From: Eledone cirrhosa
Lineage: Eukaryota
Reading direction: 5' to 3'
DNA: 64,000 nt
Assembly (NCBI GenBank): GCA_964016885.1
Contig: OZ024746.1
Coordinates: 20,894,001 to 20,958,000, forward strand
Made by a program: the position numbers and the translations under genes. The notes below the pieces were generated by a model. It was given only the letters and a program-made list of their open reading frames with translations, was not told the DNA's origin and searched no databases. Below, piece by piece: positions 30,502 to 45,449 of the stretch. Every line of letters starts with the position of its first letter. Position 1 is the stretch's first letter.

Positions 30502-30712
30502 TAAAAAACCCACTATATATATTATATGTGTGTGTGTGAGTGTGTATGTGGTGTGTATGTGTGGTTGTGTATGTAAGTATATGTATATATGTATTATATA
30601 TTATGTATGCGCATACACACATATATAATATTGTTTTATTTTAGTAGACCCGGTACGCTAATAGTTTCTAATCAATAAACTCCTATTCATCTCGTATATA
30701 TATATATATATA

Positions 30713-31087
<375 letters not shown>

Positions 31088-31144
31088 TGTATGTGTGTGT
31101 ATGTGTGTGTATTTATACATATATATGTATACACACACACAGAC

Positions 31145-31247
<103 letters not shown>

Positions 31248-31516
31248 CTTACATACACAACCACACATACACACCACATACACATGCACACACACACTCA
31301 CACTCTCTCTCTCACACACACACACATATATATAGTGGGTTGTTTTAGTCGCTAGCAGTACAGGGAACTATAAAAGACTACAGCTCATTTTTAAATACCG
31401 TAAAAACTGTATAATTAACGAAGTCTGCCTTGATTTACTGTACTGAGATAAAATGTTTCTCTGATCTAGACATGACAATAAATAGCTCTACCATTACTCT
31501 GGCCGAGACTACACTA

Positions 31517-31830
31517 GACGTAGCATGGCTGAGTGGTTAAAAAGTTCGCTTCGCAATCATTAGGTCTCGGGATCTTTACTACTGCGTGGTATCTTCGGTA
31601 TATGTGAATTACCATAGTCTCGGGTTGACTCATTTTTTGTGAATGAAACTGTTTGAAGCCCGTCTGATTGACTAGATCTGTAATCCAAAGGACTAGCTTT
31701 GTTACACACTGTATCACGCCGAATTTCTCCGAGAATTACGTTAAGAGTTCACGTGTCAGCGGAATATTCAGCCACATACTCGTAAATTTCATGATCGAAC
31801 AACTGGAACACTCAATACGGACAGCGACGC
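31517..31830 (+). mobile_element. Second, older SINE-like family
   Basis: tRNA-like head (tggctgagtggttaa). The 3' part resembles ~1400-1540. Confidence 0.5.
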
Positions 31831-32404
31831 AGATCCCTTCCTTAATCAGACACTGTAATCGTCTCAGACATTCAGCTAGATTATGCTAGGTTATGCTCAT
31901 TATATATTTACTTAAGGATTGATGCTTGAGCTGTGAAATCGTACACGTTAATACGTGTTGAAGCTCTTCTCATTAATAACCGCATTGTTTCTTTCCAGAG
32001 ATTATATTGAAAATAAACCCCATGAGAGTATCTTGGTCAGTCTATGAACCTCTTAGCGTATATCTTATAAAATCCAAAATGGAGATCCAAGTTAAGCTTC
32101 TTGCAGTCATAGGATGGATGATATTTAACGTTATTTACAGTGTTTCATAACATTTTATCAAATGAAATAAGTATGTAATGTATCTACGTAATGTTTACCA
32201 CTACTCGATAATATACATAATAATAAAATTCATCGTAGTGGCGTGTTTGGTAATTCAACAGCTATAAGATATGATGAATAATTATAACATTTCAAATTGG
32301 TTGAAATGTCACGCGAATGATAAAAGAATTTCAATAATCGTTATATAATTTATATTACATATTATATATATTTAATGTATATACTACTTTAATTAACTAC
32401 AATT

Positions 32405-32652
32405 GCTCAAAGACGGTTACGATTTGCAGGACATTGCTGGAGAAGTAAGTAGGAAGTTGTAGACAAGCTACTATTAAGGGAACCAACTCACAGGAGACGC
32501 AGTAGAGGAAGACCTGATCAAACATTCATTAATGAACTCTCAGATGATACAAACCTCAATAAGGAGCAGCTGCCATGAGCAATGGAAAATCGTGAATTAT
32601 GGAGAGACTTTGTCAGGAATGTTTGACTGTGGTTGCAATGATGAGGATGATA
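32405..32652 (+). mobile_element. RTE/RTEX-like LINE 3' end
   Basis: Translates RRLRFAGHCWRSK*EVVDKLLLREPTHRRRSRGRPDQTFINELSDDT..AMENRELWR, with a (GAT)n-like tail. Confidence 0.75.
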
Positions 32653-32686
32653 TATATTCAACGTGTACAGTGGAATACATTCATGT

Positions 32687-32717
<31 letters not shown>

Positions 32718-34134
32718 ACGGAGAAACACAGACACAGAGATAGGTATAGACATAGAGACACAGATACACACATACAGACACACAGACATATGCGAACAAC
32801 ACTATTGCAGTTGTAGCCTATATCAAGATGCGACTACATCCCTCACACTCCTTTTGTACATTAAAGAATCATTTCTTTGTCATGTCCAAGAACAAAATTT
32901 TTATATAGCTGAAAATTTCCACTCAACGGCAGCGCAGGCATAATTTATACCCAACCTAAACATATTACACCAACTCTCTATCTACAATAATAGATCGAAG
33001 GAATATCCTTCAATAAGACACGAAAGCCAAGTCCTTTTCAACAAAGACACAACCATTAGTCATAAAAAAAATAATTTTTTACATCACTTTCTCTTTATGT
33101 GAACAACAATCAATTGAAATGCTCTACCGCACTACAAATACTAAGCCTCATAATATATCAATATATCGTTCATCGCGCCCTCACATAAATACAGCAATGT
33201 TAATATTGCATCCTAAAACTAGGTTTCCTCTTTAGAATAAAACTCCGGTCATAACCAGCCTTGACCAAGCTTGACCGGCTTTGATCGTTTCATTAGCTAA
33301 GAGTTCTGATGTCAGATCTTCTCTGTAGGTAAATCATCTTTATTCAGTTGATGTTTCGTGTCATATGTCTACTATCGTAAAATATATAATGCTTATACCC
33401 AATATCAGACACTGATATCTTCATCATATATGGAAGAGTGGAACAATTGACGGAAAACTAATTTTGTTATTGATTCTTTCGATAACATCCCTCAACAGCC
33501 GAGATGTTAGTCAATATAAATCTATATATGTTATAACTTTTTCTTATATCACAAAATTATGCATGCTCTTCGTAGGCATAGGCAATTATGTCAGTGACTA
33601 ATACTTTCTGCTTCTATTCAGTATACTAATGTTATTTTCAACGACCTTAAAGAATGGAACATTTAAATCGGAGTCGTTTATAACAATAGAACTTAATTCC
33701 TAATCATGTTGTTCTGTAATATAAAGCTTTAAGCCAGTAGCTAATAGCAATGACTATCTTCGATCGCTTCGATTTCATTTCGCAGCCTATAAGGAGAAAT
33801 TTACTGTGTTCTCCCACTCCTAACAATCCCAATTATCTTTAGCTACACAACAGTTAATCACTGACCATTCTCTTTAGTCACTTCTGACTAGTTTCCAAGC
33901 GAACAAATAAAACGTGTTAGTGAAGATGATCAATAAATCACTTAACAATATGTGTAAGCCTGAATGCTTTAGTGTGTTTAGACGTGGATTTATGGAGCTT
34001 TCGCAATTATAGTAATATTAAATGTTATTATTTACCCCGGGTTTTGTAATTCTACTTTCCCTATATCTTTTTTTTTTAGTTTCTTTTGTAAGCAAGTTTT
34101 AAAGGGTTGGTGGCTTTGCAGCAATTTCAGTCTT

Positions 34135-34630
34135 CGCCTTTCATCCTTATGGGGTCGATAAAATAAAGTACCAGTAATACACTGGGTAATTGCTGGCCTT
34201 GTGCCAAAAGTAGAACCAATTATTTTCAGTATTATTATTTATAATAATTCAGTATTATTGATTGGCAGTATCGGTAGAGGGTCAGACGCCATGCTTTCCA
34301 GCATAGTTACGTCCCTTTATGATCTGAGTTCAAATCCCGCCGAGGTTAACTTTGCCTTTCATCCTTACGGGGTCGATAAAATAAAGTACCAGTAATGCAC
34401 TGGATAATTGCTGGCCTTGTGCCTAAAGTAGAAACAATTATTATTATTAGTAAAACAGATCTGACGCCATGCTTTGCAGTAAAGAGTTAGGGCCCTTTAT
34501 GGTCTGAGTTCAAATCCCGCCGAGGATAACTTTGCCTTTCCGCCTTACGGGGTCGATAAAATAAAGTACCAGTAATACACACTGGAATAATTGCTGGCCT
34601 TGTGCCAAAAGTAGAAACAATTATTATTAG
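34135..34630 (+). mobile_element. Cluster of three SINE copies
   Basis: Core ..ggggtcgataaaataaagtaccag occurs three times. Confidence 0.85.
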
Positions 34631-34699
34631 TAAAACACCGTAAAAATCTTTTCGACAGAGCTGTTCTGTTAGAGAACGGCTCGCAGATATGATCGTTAT

Positions 34700-35140
34700 T
34701 TGTGATATATGTGGGTTCTTGCCTGACGAATAAATTACCTCGGATCAAGAAGCGGTAAGCTATTACGGAAGATGGAGCGAGTTGTGTCATTGTTATGTCT
34801 CAGAAAGACTGTCACAAAAGCTGTCAGCTCAGCAATTTCTGCTTCAATTGTTAAATGCTGCGGGCGAAAGCGGCCCGGTATGGCACCGGGTAACAGAAGG
34901 ACTCTGAGGTTCAATCAGAAGTTAAAAATGCCATCCGAGCAATGAAGGAGGCTTATAGAGCTTGGATTGGAAATAAATCTTCCTTCTTGCAGTCACGGTA
35001 AAAGTAGGCGCGAAATGTTGCAGCACAGACTGTAAAAGCGTTCAAAGTTAAGACATAGGAGGAATTTGAGGTTGAGCAGGAATACAATTTTAAGTCAGCA
35101 AATAAAGTATTCTGGCTAACTACTAACCGAATGTCAGCCA
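34700..35140 (+). pseudogene. RTE (Expander-like) ORF linker remnant
   Basis: EVKNAIRAMKEAYRAW..KT*EEFEVEQEYNFKSANKVFWLT resembles the RTE linker between endonuclease and RT. Confidence 0.55.
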
Positions 35141-36549
35141 GACTCAATATCAACTTCGGTTATACAACCGTATTATACAAAGCATTCGGTTATACAAAGA
35201 TTTCTATCCGAGGTCAACTTTGCCTTTCAGCATATAAAAAAAAGCACCAGTCAAGTAATGGGGTCGATTCTTCCTTTATAACCCCTTCTCGCTTTCTCTC
35301 TTCTCTGGAAGAAATCTGTATAGCTACTATGATATTTTTTTATATATAAAGGACAAAGGAGGACAAATAAAACAAAATATTCTACCCAGTATATTTCAAC
35401 ATGATATTTCAGGTCTATTACCCTTTTTAAAAATATAAAATGTAAAGGTTTCAAAAGAAAAACGAACGATCGATGTGTTCTTCTCATAACTGGTATAATT
35501 GTCTAAAATACGCATGCGTGGAACTGTTATAGTAGCCCACCCGTTTCATGCATTTCCAATCTATTATTTATTTGTGGCTTCCTTTGTTGATGATAACGGC
35601 CTCTTCGATTCTTAAATTGCCCACATTCCTTTCCGTCGCCTCTATGGCGATCTCAATGTATCGAAATAATTCTGAGATTTACGCTTTCAAAAACGATATC
35701 GAAACCATGTAAATGTTTAACGCAATGAAGCAATGTCATGACAATCTACAAATTTATGCCTCAAAATAGAAATGTAACTAGTTATAACGCATGGGAATGT
35801 AATTGATCCCGTTCGTAAATATATAACTGTAATTAAGCAATGTTAAACAAAATAAATTTCAAATTAACTAGAGAGTAAGTATCAGCTTTGAATTTCATTA
35901 TCAGCATTCCTGCAAGTATTGCCATGAAGTAACCTATAACAATTTAAATAAGATTAGATTATTTGATTGTAAAGAAGAATCTATTTTTCAACTCTATATA
36001 ATTTAGAGAAATATCTATACAAGTAAAGGAGATGGATTTGCTGGAAGCAGAAAATAATATTTCTGCTCAAATACTCGTATAAGTTTTACTCTAATTATAT
36101 TATATAACAAATTAATTATCATTTTCCGAGATCCTGAAACGTTTATTTAGTTTGAGAGAAAATAAATAATAATGGAGAATTTTGTATCGTATCATATATA
36201 TATATATAAAGTTGTAGGTATGGTGGTATACTGTATAATTCTATGTGTGGTTGTATACCGTATAACTGTAGCTATGGGGGTTAAACTGTATAAGAACAGC
36301 TATGACTATAACTATAGTGGAATGTTGTATAACGACAGCTATGATATAATGTATAACTGTTCCAATAAGTTTAAAAAAACAATGACATATCACATGGTAA
36401 TAATCAATATTTTAGTATTAAAAACATAAATACTTCTTACATTGGCAGAACAACACAAGGTTTTCCTGTGTGAATATATTAGATTGGATTATTTCCTTAG
36501 TACAAGTCTGGTACATCTGTTATTGAGAAGTGAAACTTAAATTAGACAC

Positions 36550-37300
36550 ATACAGCAGTACTGAAGCAGTTAGTAACATATCCCACAGCCCCAATTATCA
36601 TATGTACAAATCTAACGGTACCACCAGACTGGGGTATCTGCAAATTCCTCATTATTTGAGCATAAATGTTTTATTTTTCACTAATCTTTAGCATTATATT
36701 GACATCTACTGTGCATGTCTTCTTTTCCCTGTCCCATATTATTTCAGGTCTATTATGTTTACATTTTACTGGGGTTTTAACAGGAACATTCCACACGCAC
36801 TTATGTATGCATATGTAACGTTTTGATTTTATTCAGCACGTTCGATATTTAGATTAACTCTCTAGAAAAGCAGACATTTTCTACTGTTTGGTTGGATTAA
36901 GAGACTTACATCATCAACTAAATATTCTTTTCTTGTAGAATCTAAATATTTAGCTATTCAGCGAAAATGGATACTGAATATTTTATGCAGAACTTTGCAA
37001 TGTTTCCATAGTGAAAAATGCAATCTAGTAATTTATATTCTCTGCCAGTAATGGCTAATATAAAGCTGTAATTCTTGTACAGGGATCAACATTCATTTTG
37101 CAACATGATCGGTTCCAAAAGTAATTAATTACCTTCCAGGAAGAAAATCCTTCTATATTCCAAATCATATCGCAGAAAGATACTTATTCTCATAGGAACA
37201 TTACGAACATAAAACAAAGATTATTGTGAAGACTTTTTTATGCTACTGTTTTACGTGACCGTTTTTGACAAAATGTGCTGTAATTATTAGTTCGTAGTCA
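36550..37300 (-). pseudogene. Decayed RLE-type (R4/NeSL-like) non-LTR retrotransposon 3' region
   Basis: Minus translation WNVPVKTPVKCKHNRPEIIWDREKKTC..DVNIMLKISEK*NIYAQIMRNLQI..FVHMIIGAVGYV. The upstream boundary is uncertain. Confidence 0.65.
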
Positions 37301-37384
37301 TTGGAGAAAAGCAAAAGCTTTGACGTCACTGGGTGTCGAGGATAAATAAGTATTTTGTCGCTCCAGGTAGAGCTGCTACCTCTC

Positions 37385-37706
37385 CAAATTGAGAGATCAC
37401 AGCTCCGATACTATGGGCATGTGGTTAGAATGTTTCAGGAAAGAATCGTTGGATAGATTTTACGGTCAAAACCAACCGACAGGAGACCCAGGGGTAGACC
37501 TCGTACAAAATGGTTGGATAATATCCACAAGCTCGGATAAATTAGAGACGGTTGATTCTGACAGGATCCACTGGAAGGAGTGTTAGAGGACTCTGCTCAG
37601 GAACAAGAAGAAGAAGAAGAAGAAGAAGAAGAAGAAGAAGAAGAAGAAGAAGAAGAAGAAGAAGAAGAAGAAGAAGAAGAAGAAGAAGAAGAAGAAGAAG
37701 AAGAAG

Positions 37707-37736
<30 letters not shown>
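37385..37736 (+). mobile_element. RTE LINE 3' end with (GAA)n tail
   Basis: Homologous to 14388-14640 (IERSQLRYYGHVVR..GRPRTKWLD) and followed by ~43 GAA units. Confidence 0.75.
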
Positions 37737-37739
<3 letters not shown>

Positions 37740-39548
37740 TGTATCCTTGGCTATACTTGCCGGAACTCATTTCTATTCTTCACTAAAACCCGATAGATTA
37801 TGAGTTGTTATATCAAGGATGTCAATGACATAACTTCCTTGTAATTATTCTTATGAAGTATTTTGTTAGTAGCTACAAAATATATTATCAAAACATGCTC
37901 TGATATTTATCTTCGTCTTTTCTTTTTCATTCTATGCAAAATTAATTCCATGTTATTTCTCCCTATTTTGAATGCCGATGACCGGAAGATTTATTGAAAT
38001 CGAAACTGAACTAATTTTAACCTATGCAACAATTTCTGTCAAACATTCAATTAGAAATATGGTTATTCAACAATTTAATTTGAATAAATGCTGAAGTTGA
38101 AATATTTTCTTTCATTAGACTTGATATTTCCATCTGCAATCTTACCATAATCATTAAATATTTAATTCGGAAACATTAATTGTAGGTTTTGGAGTCGATA
38201 AATAATAAAGTAGAATAAATATGCAGTTAACGCAAATATAACTTCGATGAAATCCTTAAAAATCTCCGTACATTTGTTTCGTGTTTGATATAGCAGGAAA
38301 GAGTTTTTACGTTTCAGAGACTAGTCTTTCATCAAGAGATAGAATGAGAAATAAAAGATGAAATGGAATAATAGAGAGTGAGAGGAGGAAGGAAAGGAAA
38401 AACATCTTTTTGAGAACAATCATGTGTATATTCGTCAGGCATTTTGAAGAAAACATATTTGTGAGCGCGTAAAATTTTAGTCACGACGGTAATTTGAACT
38501 TGTACCGGTGCAATTTGATTTCTCATAGTTTCCTGTGACTGTCATCAGCAGCAGAAATTCGCATTTAGTATTACAGATCGTATATGCTAATACCATTCTT
38601 TTTACATACATAAATTAAAAAGCGTAATGGTAATTTACTGTTTCTTGCTTTACCTTTGTGTTTATGTTTGCTTTCTTTATTTTCTAAAAAAAAAAAATAT
38701 TCTGCGTCATGTTTTAAATAATAATTGTATTATGAAAGGAATATGAACAAATCTTAATAGTGAATAGTTTATTGAAACCACATAAAAGATTACTTCATTG
38801 AAGACTTACTGAGGAATCAACTACATTAGCCAAAATGGAAACTAAACATATTACATAAAAATAATTCAATTGGATCGCTAAGAAAATCAGGATACCAATA
38901 ATGAATAAGCATTACTCTCAACGGATATACATTATACTGCTTAACAATTAATCAAAATGCTACTACCCAAATTCCATTCCATGTTACATCATTCACATAA
39001 GACCAAGAAGTCTTAGAAATACAATTATTTTTAAACAAAGTAACATAAATGAGTTATGAGACAGTGGAAGTATAGGAAATGTTATTTTAAAATGCATTAT
39101 GGAACAGCTCGAAGAGCAGAGATGTATTTTACTAAACTCTGTGTTTATTAACAGCAGAATGGATTGACAGATTTACAGTTCTATATAGTAACAGAAACAA
39201 AGCATTGCCAGTGAAAAGGTTGGAATTGCTAGCCACACGGATATTAACACGAAAATCTAACAACTTACAGCTGCTTTCGGTCGCTTGTTTCAATCCTTTT
39301 CAATAATAAATGCGAATTTGATCCACATGCAATATGTTTACGTGTAATAAACCAATATATAGCCTCGCAATGAGTATTCTAATCAGTGATCATATCACCG
39401 CTAAAAATACTCCAAAGAATATTATATGTATGTTTATTATATGTAGGTGTATTGTATATAGGTTCATGTACGTCTTTCTTCTGAATTAACCTAATTCATT
39501 TTAATACAACTCTGCCATTTATTAAAATCTACAATCTCCATGCATTCA

Positions 39549-39618
<70 letters not shown>

Positions 39619-40019
39619 AGATAAGCAGAACAAGCAAAATTCAACCAATTTTTCAAAATAAATCAAAATTAATTTACAATTAAAATTAATCAAAATTAAA
39701 AAATATAATATAAATATTTACCTATTCAGATAGCCCTTACTTTGCAAAACATTAGATATCACATGGATATTAATGGAAAAACAAAGATCACCAGAGAAGC
39801 ATTTTCCTTTCCTAGGGTTAAAAACCTCAGGAACGATAAAATATATGATCTCGTCCCCAACTGACACGAGTCTAAAGGTCGTAAAAGTGACCCGTATGTT
39901 CGTTGGTGTGAAGTGAAGGCGGGAAATCGTAGACTTGTTGTCTATAGTCGCCACTAAAAAATAGCAGCTAGATAGAACGACAGATTTGTTCGGTATCGGT
40001 AAACAACATATACTAAAAA

Positions 40020-40121
<102 letters not shown>

Positions 40122-40186
40122 TCATATTCATTGAGTGAGCTAGACGCTGGCCGAAGGACGCTGAACTTCTAACACCGATCCTCGTT

Positions 40187-40255
<69 letters not shown>

Positions 40256-40354
40256 GAGATAGATAGCGAAAGAAAGAGATAGAGAGAGATAAATGTAAAA
40301 TCTCGACCACGGCACCAAGCAATGATTAGTGGTCTCCCCTGTCTGAGCACCGCA

Positions 40355-40425
<71 letters not shown>

Positions 40426-40459
40426 CTCATATATATATACAAATATATGGACTTTTGCT

Positions 40460-40532
<73 letters not shown>

Positions 40533-41086
40533 ATATTCTACTTTGACTGAAAATCCTAAATAATATGTATTGACCTTCTGAAACCTGACATTAAATGGCA
40601 GCAAAGTAAGATTTGATATATTAACAAAATGTGACACTCTAGATGTGTGGATGAAATATTAACCAGAATAATTTTCTTCCATATTCATATATAATTTTCC
40701 TGTGTTTTTGTTTTTTTATCTTTTGGCAAAATTCTAATATAAGATGTTTATAGAACAAGAAGGTGGATTTTCAGCATTAATTATCACTTGATATATATCG
40801 AAAGATGAAGAAATAGAAGCATTTCTGACGTGTATAGTCAACTTGGAAGCAACAACTATTTATATATTCTTTAGTATCGTTATCTGAACAAAACACAGCT
40901 ACAATCTCTTCTCAACACAATTTCCTTTTAGGCTTGAAGCTATAAAATAAATGGAGAAATTATGCTTATCAGGAAGATTTTGTCTCTCACCCGTGGAAAA
41001 TTCCAGACAGTATATTATTTCTGAGCATCTGGTATTAATCCTTATTAGATACAACGGCTTCTTGGAATGGAAACCAAATAGCTAGA

Positions 41087-41136
<50 letters not shown>

Positions 41137-41181
41137 GCATGTATACGTCTCTCTCTATCTCTCTCTCTCTCTCGTTATATA

Positions 41182-41243
<62 letters not shown>

Positions 41244-41334
41244 TTTATATATGAGTGTATGTGTGTGCGTGTATGTTTGTCTGTCTGTGCGTATATGTGC
41301 GTGTGTGTGTGTGTATGCGTGCGTTTGAATGTAT

Positions 41335-41560
41335 CCCTCTCATTCCAAACACAGATAGAAGTAAATGTAACAATTTTATTAAGTTATATCTGGTATATGA
41401 AATACCATGGTACTGCCTTTAACGTTAAGTGGAAGCTTCTAGAGAAAAGCGGATTCTACAGTAGTAGAGCCTGAATAGAGCTATTCACAGATAGGAAATA
41501 TCATCAATTATTAAGACAACCGATCGAATCTTTAAGGAAAGGCCATGATTTCCGTGGGTA
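41335..41560 (+). pseudogene. Decayed PLE GIY-YIG C-terminal fragment
   Basis: [28 protein letters not shown] parallels NTTSLAETINNYRKKNIDYNLTWSVLK of the 26-kb element. Confidence 0.45.
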
Positions 41561-42255
41561 TCTGTTAATTGTTTGGAAGGACACGTTAATATAGGTTTCA
41601 GCATACGCATGCTGGTTTATCATACACTCCTTTTGATTTAGGCACAAGGCCTATTAATTTTTGGGGAGGAGAATGTCGATTAAATCGAGCCAGTGCTTTA
41701 CTGGTACTTTATTTTATCGACCCCATGAAGATAAATGGCAAAACTAACCTCGGTGGGATTTCAACTCAGAATTATTGCCCGACGCTCTACCGATACCACC
41801 AATCCACCGCTCTTTTGTGTGTGCTTAATAACATCAAAATAGTATTTTCATTTATATAACTATGTAGCTTGGCAACATATGGAATAGTGATAAGCAGAGG
41901 TTTAGAAATCAAATGATAAAATTCAACAATGTCAAAATTTGGGAACATTATTGCATATGTTACAGTTCGGTTACTTTTCTTATTTCATCATTTATATTCC
42001 TTAAAATGACCTCGCTAAATAATCATTTTTCAGAGGAATTAAATAACATGCAGTTTAGTTTCAAGGCAAAATTATATTTTTTCATGTTCATCTGGAAATT
42101 TTAACATATCCATTTTCATATTTTCAACTAAATTTTGTGCTTAAATTTTTATATTATTATAAGTGTTTGCACAGGCCTTATATATTTATATATATTATAT
42201 ATATATATATAAATATATATATATATTATATATATATATATATTTATATATATAA

Positions 42256-42288
<33 letters not shown>

Positions 42289-42297
<9 letters not shown>

Positions 42298-42600
42298 GAC
42301 GTAAAATAAGAAAATTTTTAAAATTAAAAATTAACTTACTAAAATTTTCACTCCAACTAATTAGTTTCTGTAAGGGAATAAATATAGTTACGTAATGTAA
42401 CTATAGAGAAGTCCTTACGTAAGGACTTCTCTATAGTTACATTACTTAACTATATTTATTCCCTTACAGAAACTAATTAGTTGGAGTGAAAATTTTAGTA
42501 AGTTAATTTTTAATTTTAAAAATTTTCTTATTTTACGTCTTTCATATAATTGTTCTGCATCCCCCTGCATAGAACCACAAAGGTACTAAGACATAACATA
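42289..42600. mobile_element. Spacerless 260-bp palindrome (42289-42548) plus ~50-bp tail, adjacent to (TA)n
   Basis: 130-bp arms centred at 42418/42419 (TTAC|GTAA) with one mismatch seen. No hammerhead core is retained. Confidence 0.75.
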
Positions 42601-42655
42601 TATATTTGCTAGCATGGGTTTACATCTCTATACATATGTTGGTAGATATACTAAT

Positions 42656-42688
<33 letters not shown>

Positions 42689-42744
42689 TATATATATATG
42701 TATATATATATGTATATATATATATAGAGAGAGAGAGGCTAAAA

Positions 42745-43222
42745 GAACTGAACCTCTACTCCTTGGAACTAAGACGGGGGAGATACGCAGTGATCTACAT
42801 GTGGAAAATCCTGGTGGGACTAGCACGAAAACTTTTTCATTGGGATCTGGACCAACCGTCGAACAGGACGTCACTGTGTGGTGCCAAATGTCCCGTCTTC
42901 CACATCTAGAATAAGGAGCAGGTATTGCAATAGCCTGGGATTCAAGGGGCCTCAACTCTTCAACAAGCTGCCGAGGGATCTGAGAGATCTGCATGGTGTG
43001 GAGGTGGATGTTCTTAAAGAAACATCTCGACACCTTGCTATCCAAGATCCCGGATGAGCCCACAGCAATGCACGAGGGAAACCTAAGGGCAGCAGCAACA
43101 AACCCCCTCTTACACTAGTGGCCAACCAATACAGGCTGGAGATAAAATGTGTAGCAACAAGGGCGGTGCCCCAGCAAGGCCTCAGCCGGATGGTAGGAAC
43201 AGGTAAAAGAGTAAAAGAGTAT
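42745..43222 (+). mobile_element. CR1/L2-group LINE 3' end
   Basis: Translates LYSLELRRGRYAVIYMWKIL..GRHC..SLGFKGPQLFNKLPRDLRDL..KHLDTLLSKIPDEP..RAAATNPL*, with a short gtaaaaga tandem tail. Confidence 0.8.
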
Positions 43223-43288
43223 ACATATATATATATATATAATATATATAATATATTTATATATATATATATATAATATATATATATA

Positions 43289-43359
<71 letters not shown>

Positions 43360-43472
43360 AATGGTGTAAGCAGACTATGAATCGGCGCTCATTTTGCACT
43401 GGTTTAGTTTCTTTCCTTGTGGTATGCATAACAACAAACACACACAGACACATATGTACACACACACAAACA

Positions 43473-43554
<82 letters not shown>

Positions 43555-43664
43555 GTAATAATAATAAATTGGAAGACTAAAATTCAAAGAGGGCTCAATA
43601 AGGATAAATATATATCAAATATATAAGAACCGTAGAGCAAATATTTATTATAAATATATATATA

Positions 43665-43714
<50 letters not shown>

Positions 43715-43943
43715 AATATATATATATATACAATAGGAAAATGTATGACCCCGACGGCAGAGCTCAAGCCGTTTCGACGGCTATTTCTGGACTACAAATA
43801 GCCGTTGAAAACGGGATATTTAATTTGTTGGTAATTCAACAAATATATATGTTTATAACTGATTTGAAGCACTCGACAAGTTTTCTGGAGTATAATATTC
43901 AATGATATTAAATAAATGGAAACTATATTTATAAAACCATATT

Positions 43944-44004
43944 TATTCTATTATATATATTTCAAGGGTACCAAAACGTTGGTACGCTCTCATCAGATAA
44001 AATA
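43944..44004 (-). ncRNA. Type I hammerhead ribozyme, intact core
   Basis: Minus strand: tattttat-CTGATGA-gag-c-gtaccaa(cgtt)ttggtac-c-ctt-GAAA-tatata-TA^atagaata. 8-bp stem I. The downstream tail (atactccag..gagtgcttc) resembles 2870-2910. Confidence 0.8.
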
Positions 44005-44217
44005 CAAAGTTGTGGGATATACATAATTATACTTTCGGAAATAATAGTTATAATAATTGCACATACAATCATACAGACACCTACACTCATACTTATACAT
44101 ATGTCTGTATAAATTATCTATCTATCTATAAATGTATCTGTCTATCTGCCTATCTGTCTGTCTGTCTGTCTCTCTCTCTTTCTCTTTGTGTGTGTGAGTC
44201 TGCGTGAGAGATGTGTG

Positions 44218-44256
<39 letters not shown>

Positions 44257-45318
44257 AAGGTGTTTACTAATGTTTACTGATTACTGTAAGGAGCTCCAAT
44301 ACGAGTAATTCTACTACCACTACTACTACTTGAACGTGTGATTTCGTTAGAATCTGTGTTCTTCGTTGCCAGGTATCAGTATGCATGTCCGTAGATGATC
44401 GGCTCTAGATCGTAATTTGAAGAAGAACTTTCTGTTTAGTTCCTCCATTTGCTAACTAAAGAAGTTAGAATGTAGATGCAGGCTTCACTGGGCTCCGCCC
44501 TTGGCGTCGACCGTTCGTTCTAGGCACCGTTCGGCTTGGCTGGGCTCTGCCCTGCTCGTCACCGCGCCGACCATTCGTTCTCGGTGCCCTTTGGCTCGCT
44601 GGGATCTGTATTGCTCCTCTTGGAGGGACGCTTTGTTCCCGGCGTCCTTCGGCTTCGCTAGGCTGTGCCTCGCTTGCTATTTGGTATCCTGCTACACAAC
44701 CTTGAATTGTATGTGCTTGGTTGTATACTCATATTCAAAGATTTATACGTAAGGAATAAATTGTGTAAACGTGTAGTCATAGTATTATGTTGAATCATAT
44801 GTTTAAATAGATTCTGTTTATCAAATTCTTATGTCTCCCTTTCGCTAAAAGCAAAATAACGTCAGCAATTCATCTCACTTAACTAACTCAGTTCACAACT
44901 CGATGATATTTAAAATGGATTCCGGCTATCAGAGTGTCACTTCTGATTCATTATGAATGAGATAGGAACAGAAGTAAATTACGAACCCCCACTCCTCAAA
45001 AACCCAAGCACAAGAACCAAACAAAACCCTAGCTTCAGGGAGATTGTTTTAAAAATTCCAATGACATTTATCTGGATCCTAATTACTACTTTGACTACAT
45101 GGACCGAAGCCTGCGCAATATATTCAATACTGTCTTCAACAGTTTAAAAGACGTTTTATTTTAAAATTTGTAAGTTCGTCTATTTCTTGCGTCGATGAAC
45201 ATGATTTAATAGTAGTGGCAGAATCATATGTCATGTAGCCATTTCTTTAATAGTAGCAGCTATTGGGCTATAAAAATTCATTAGGACTTTGAAAATTGAA
45301 GCTTTTAAGAATTAATAT

Positions 45319-45449
<131 letters not shown>

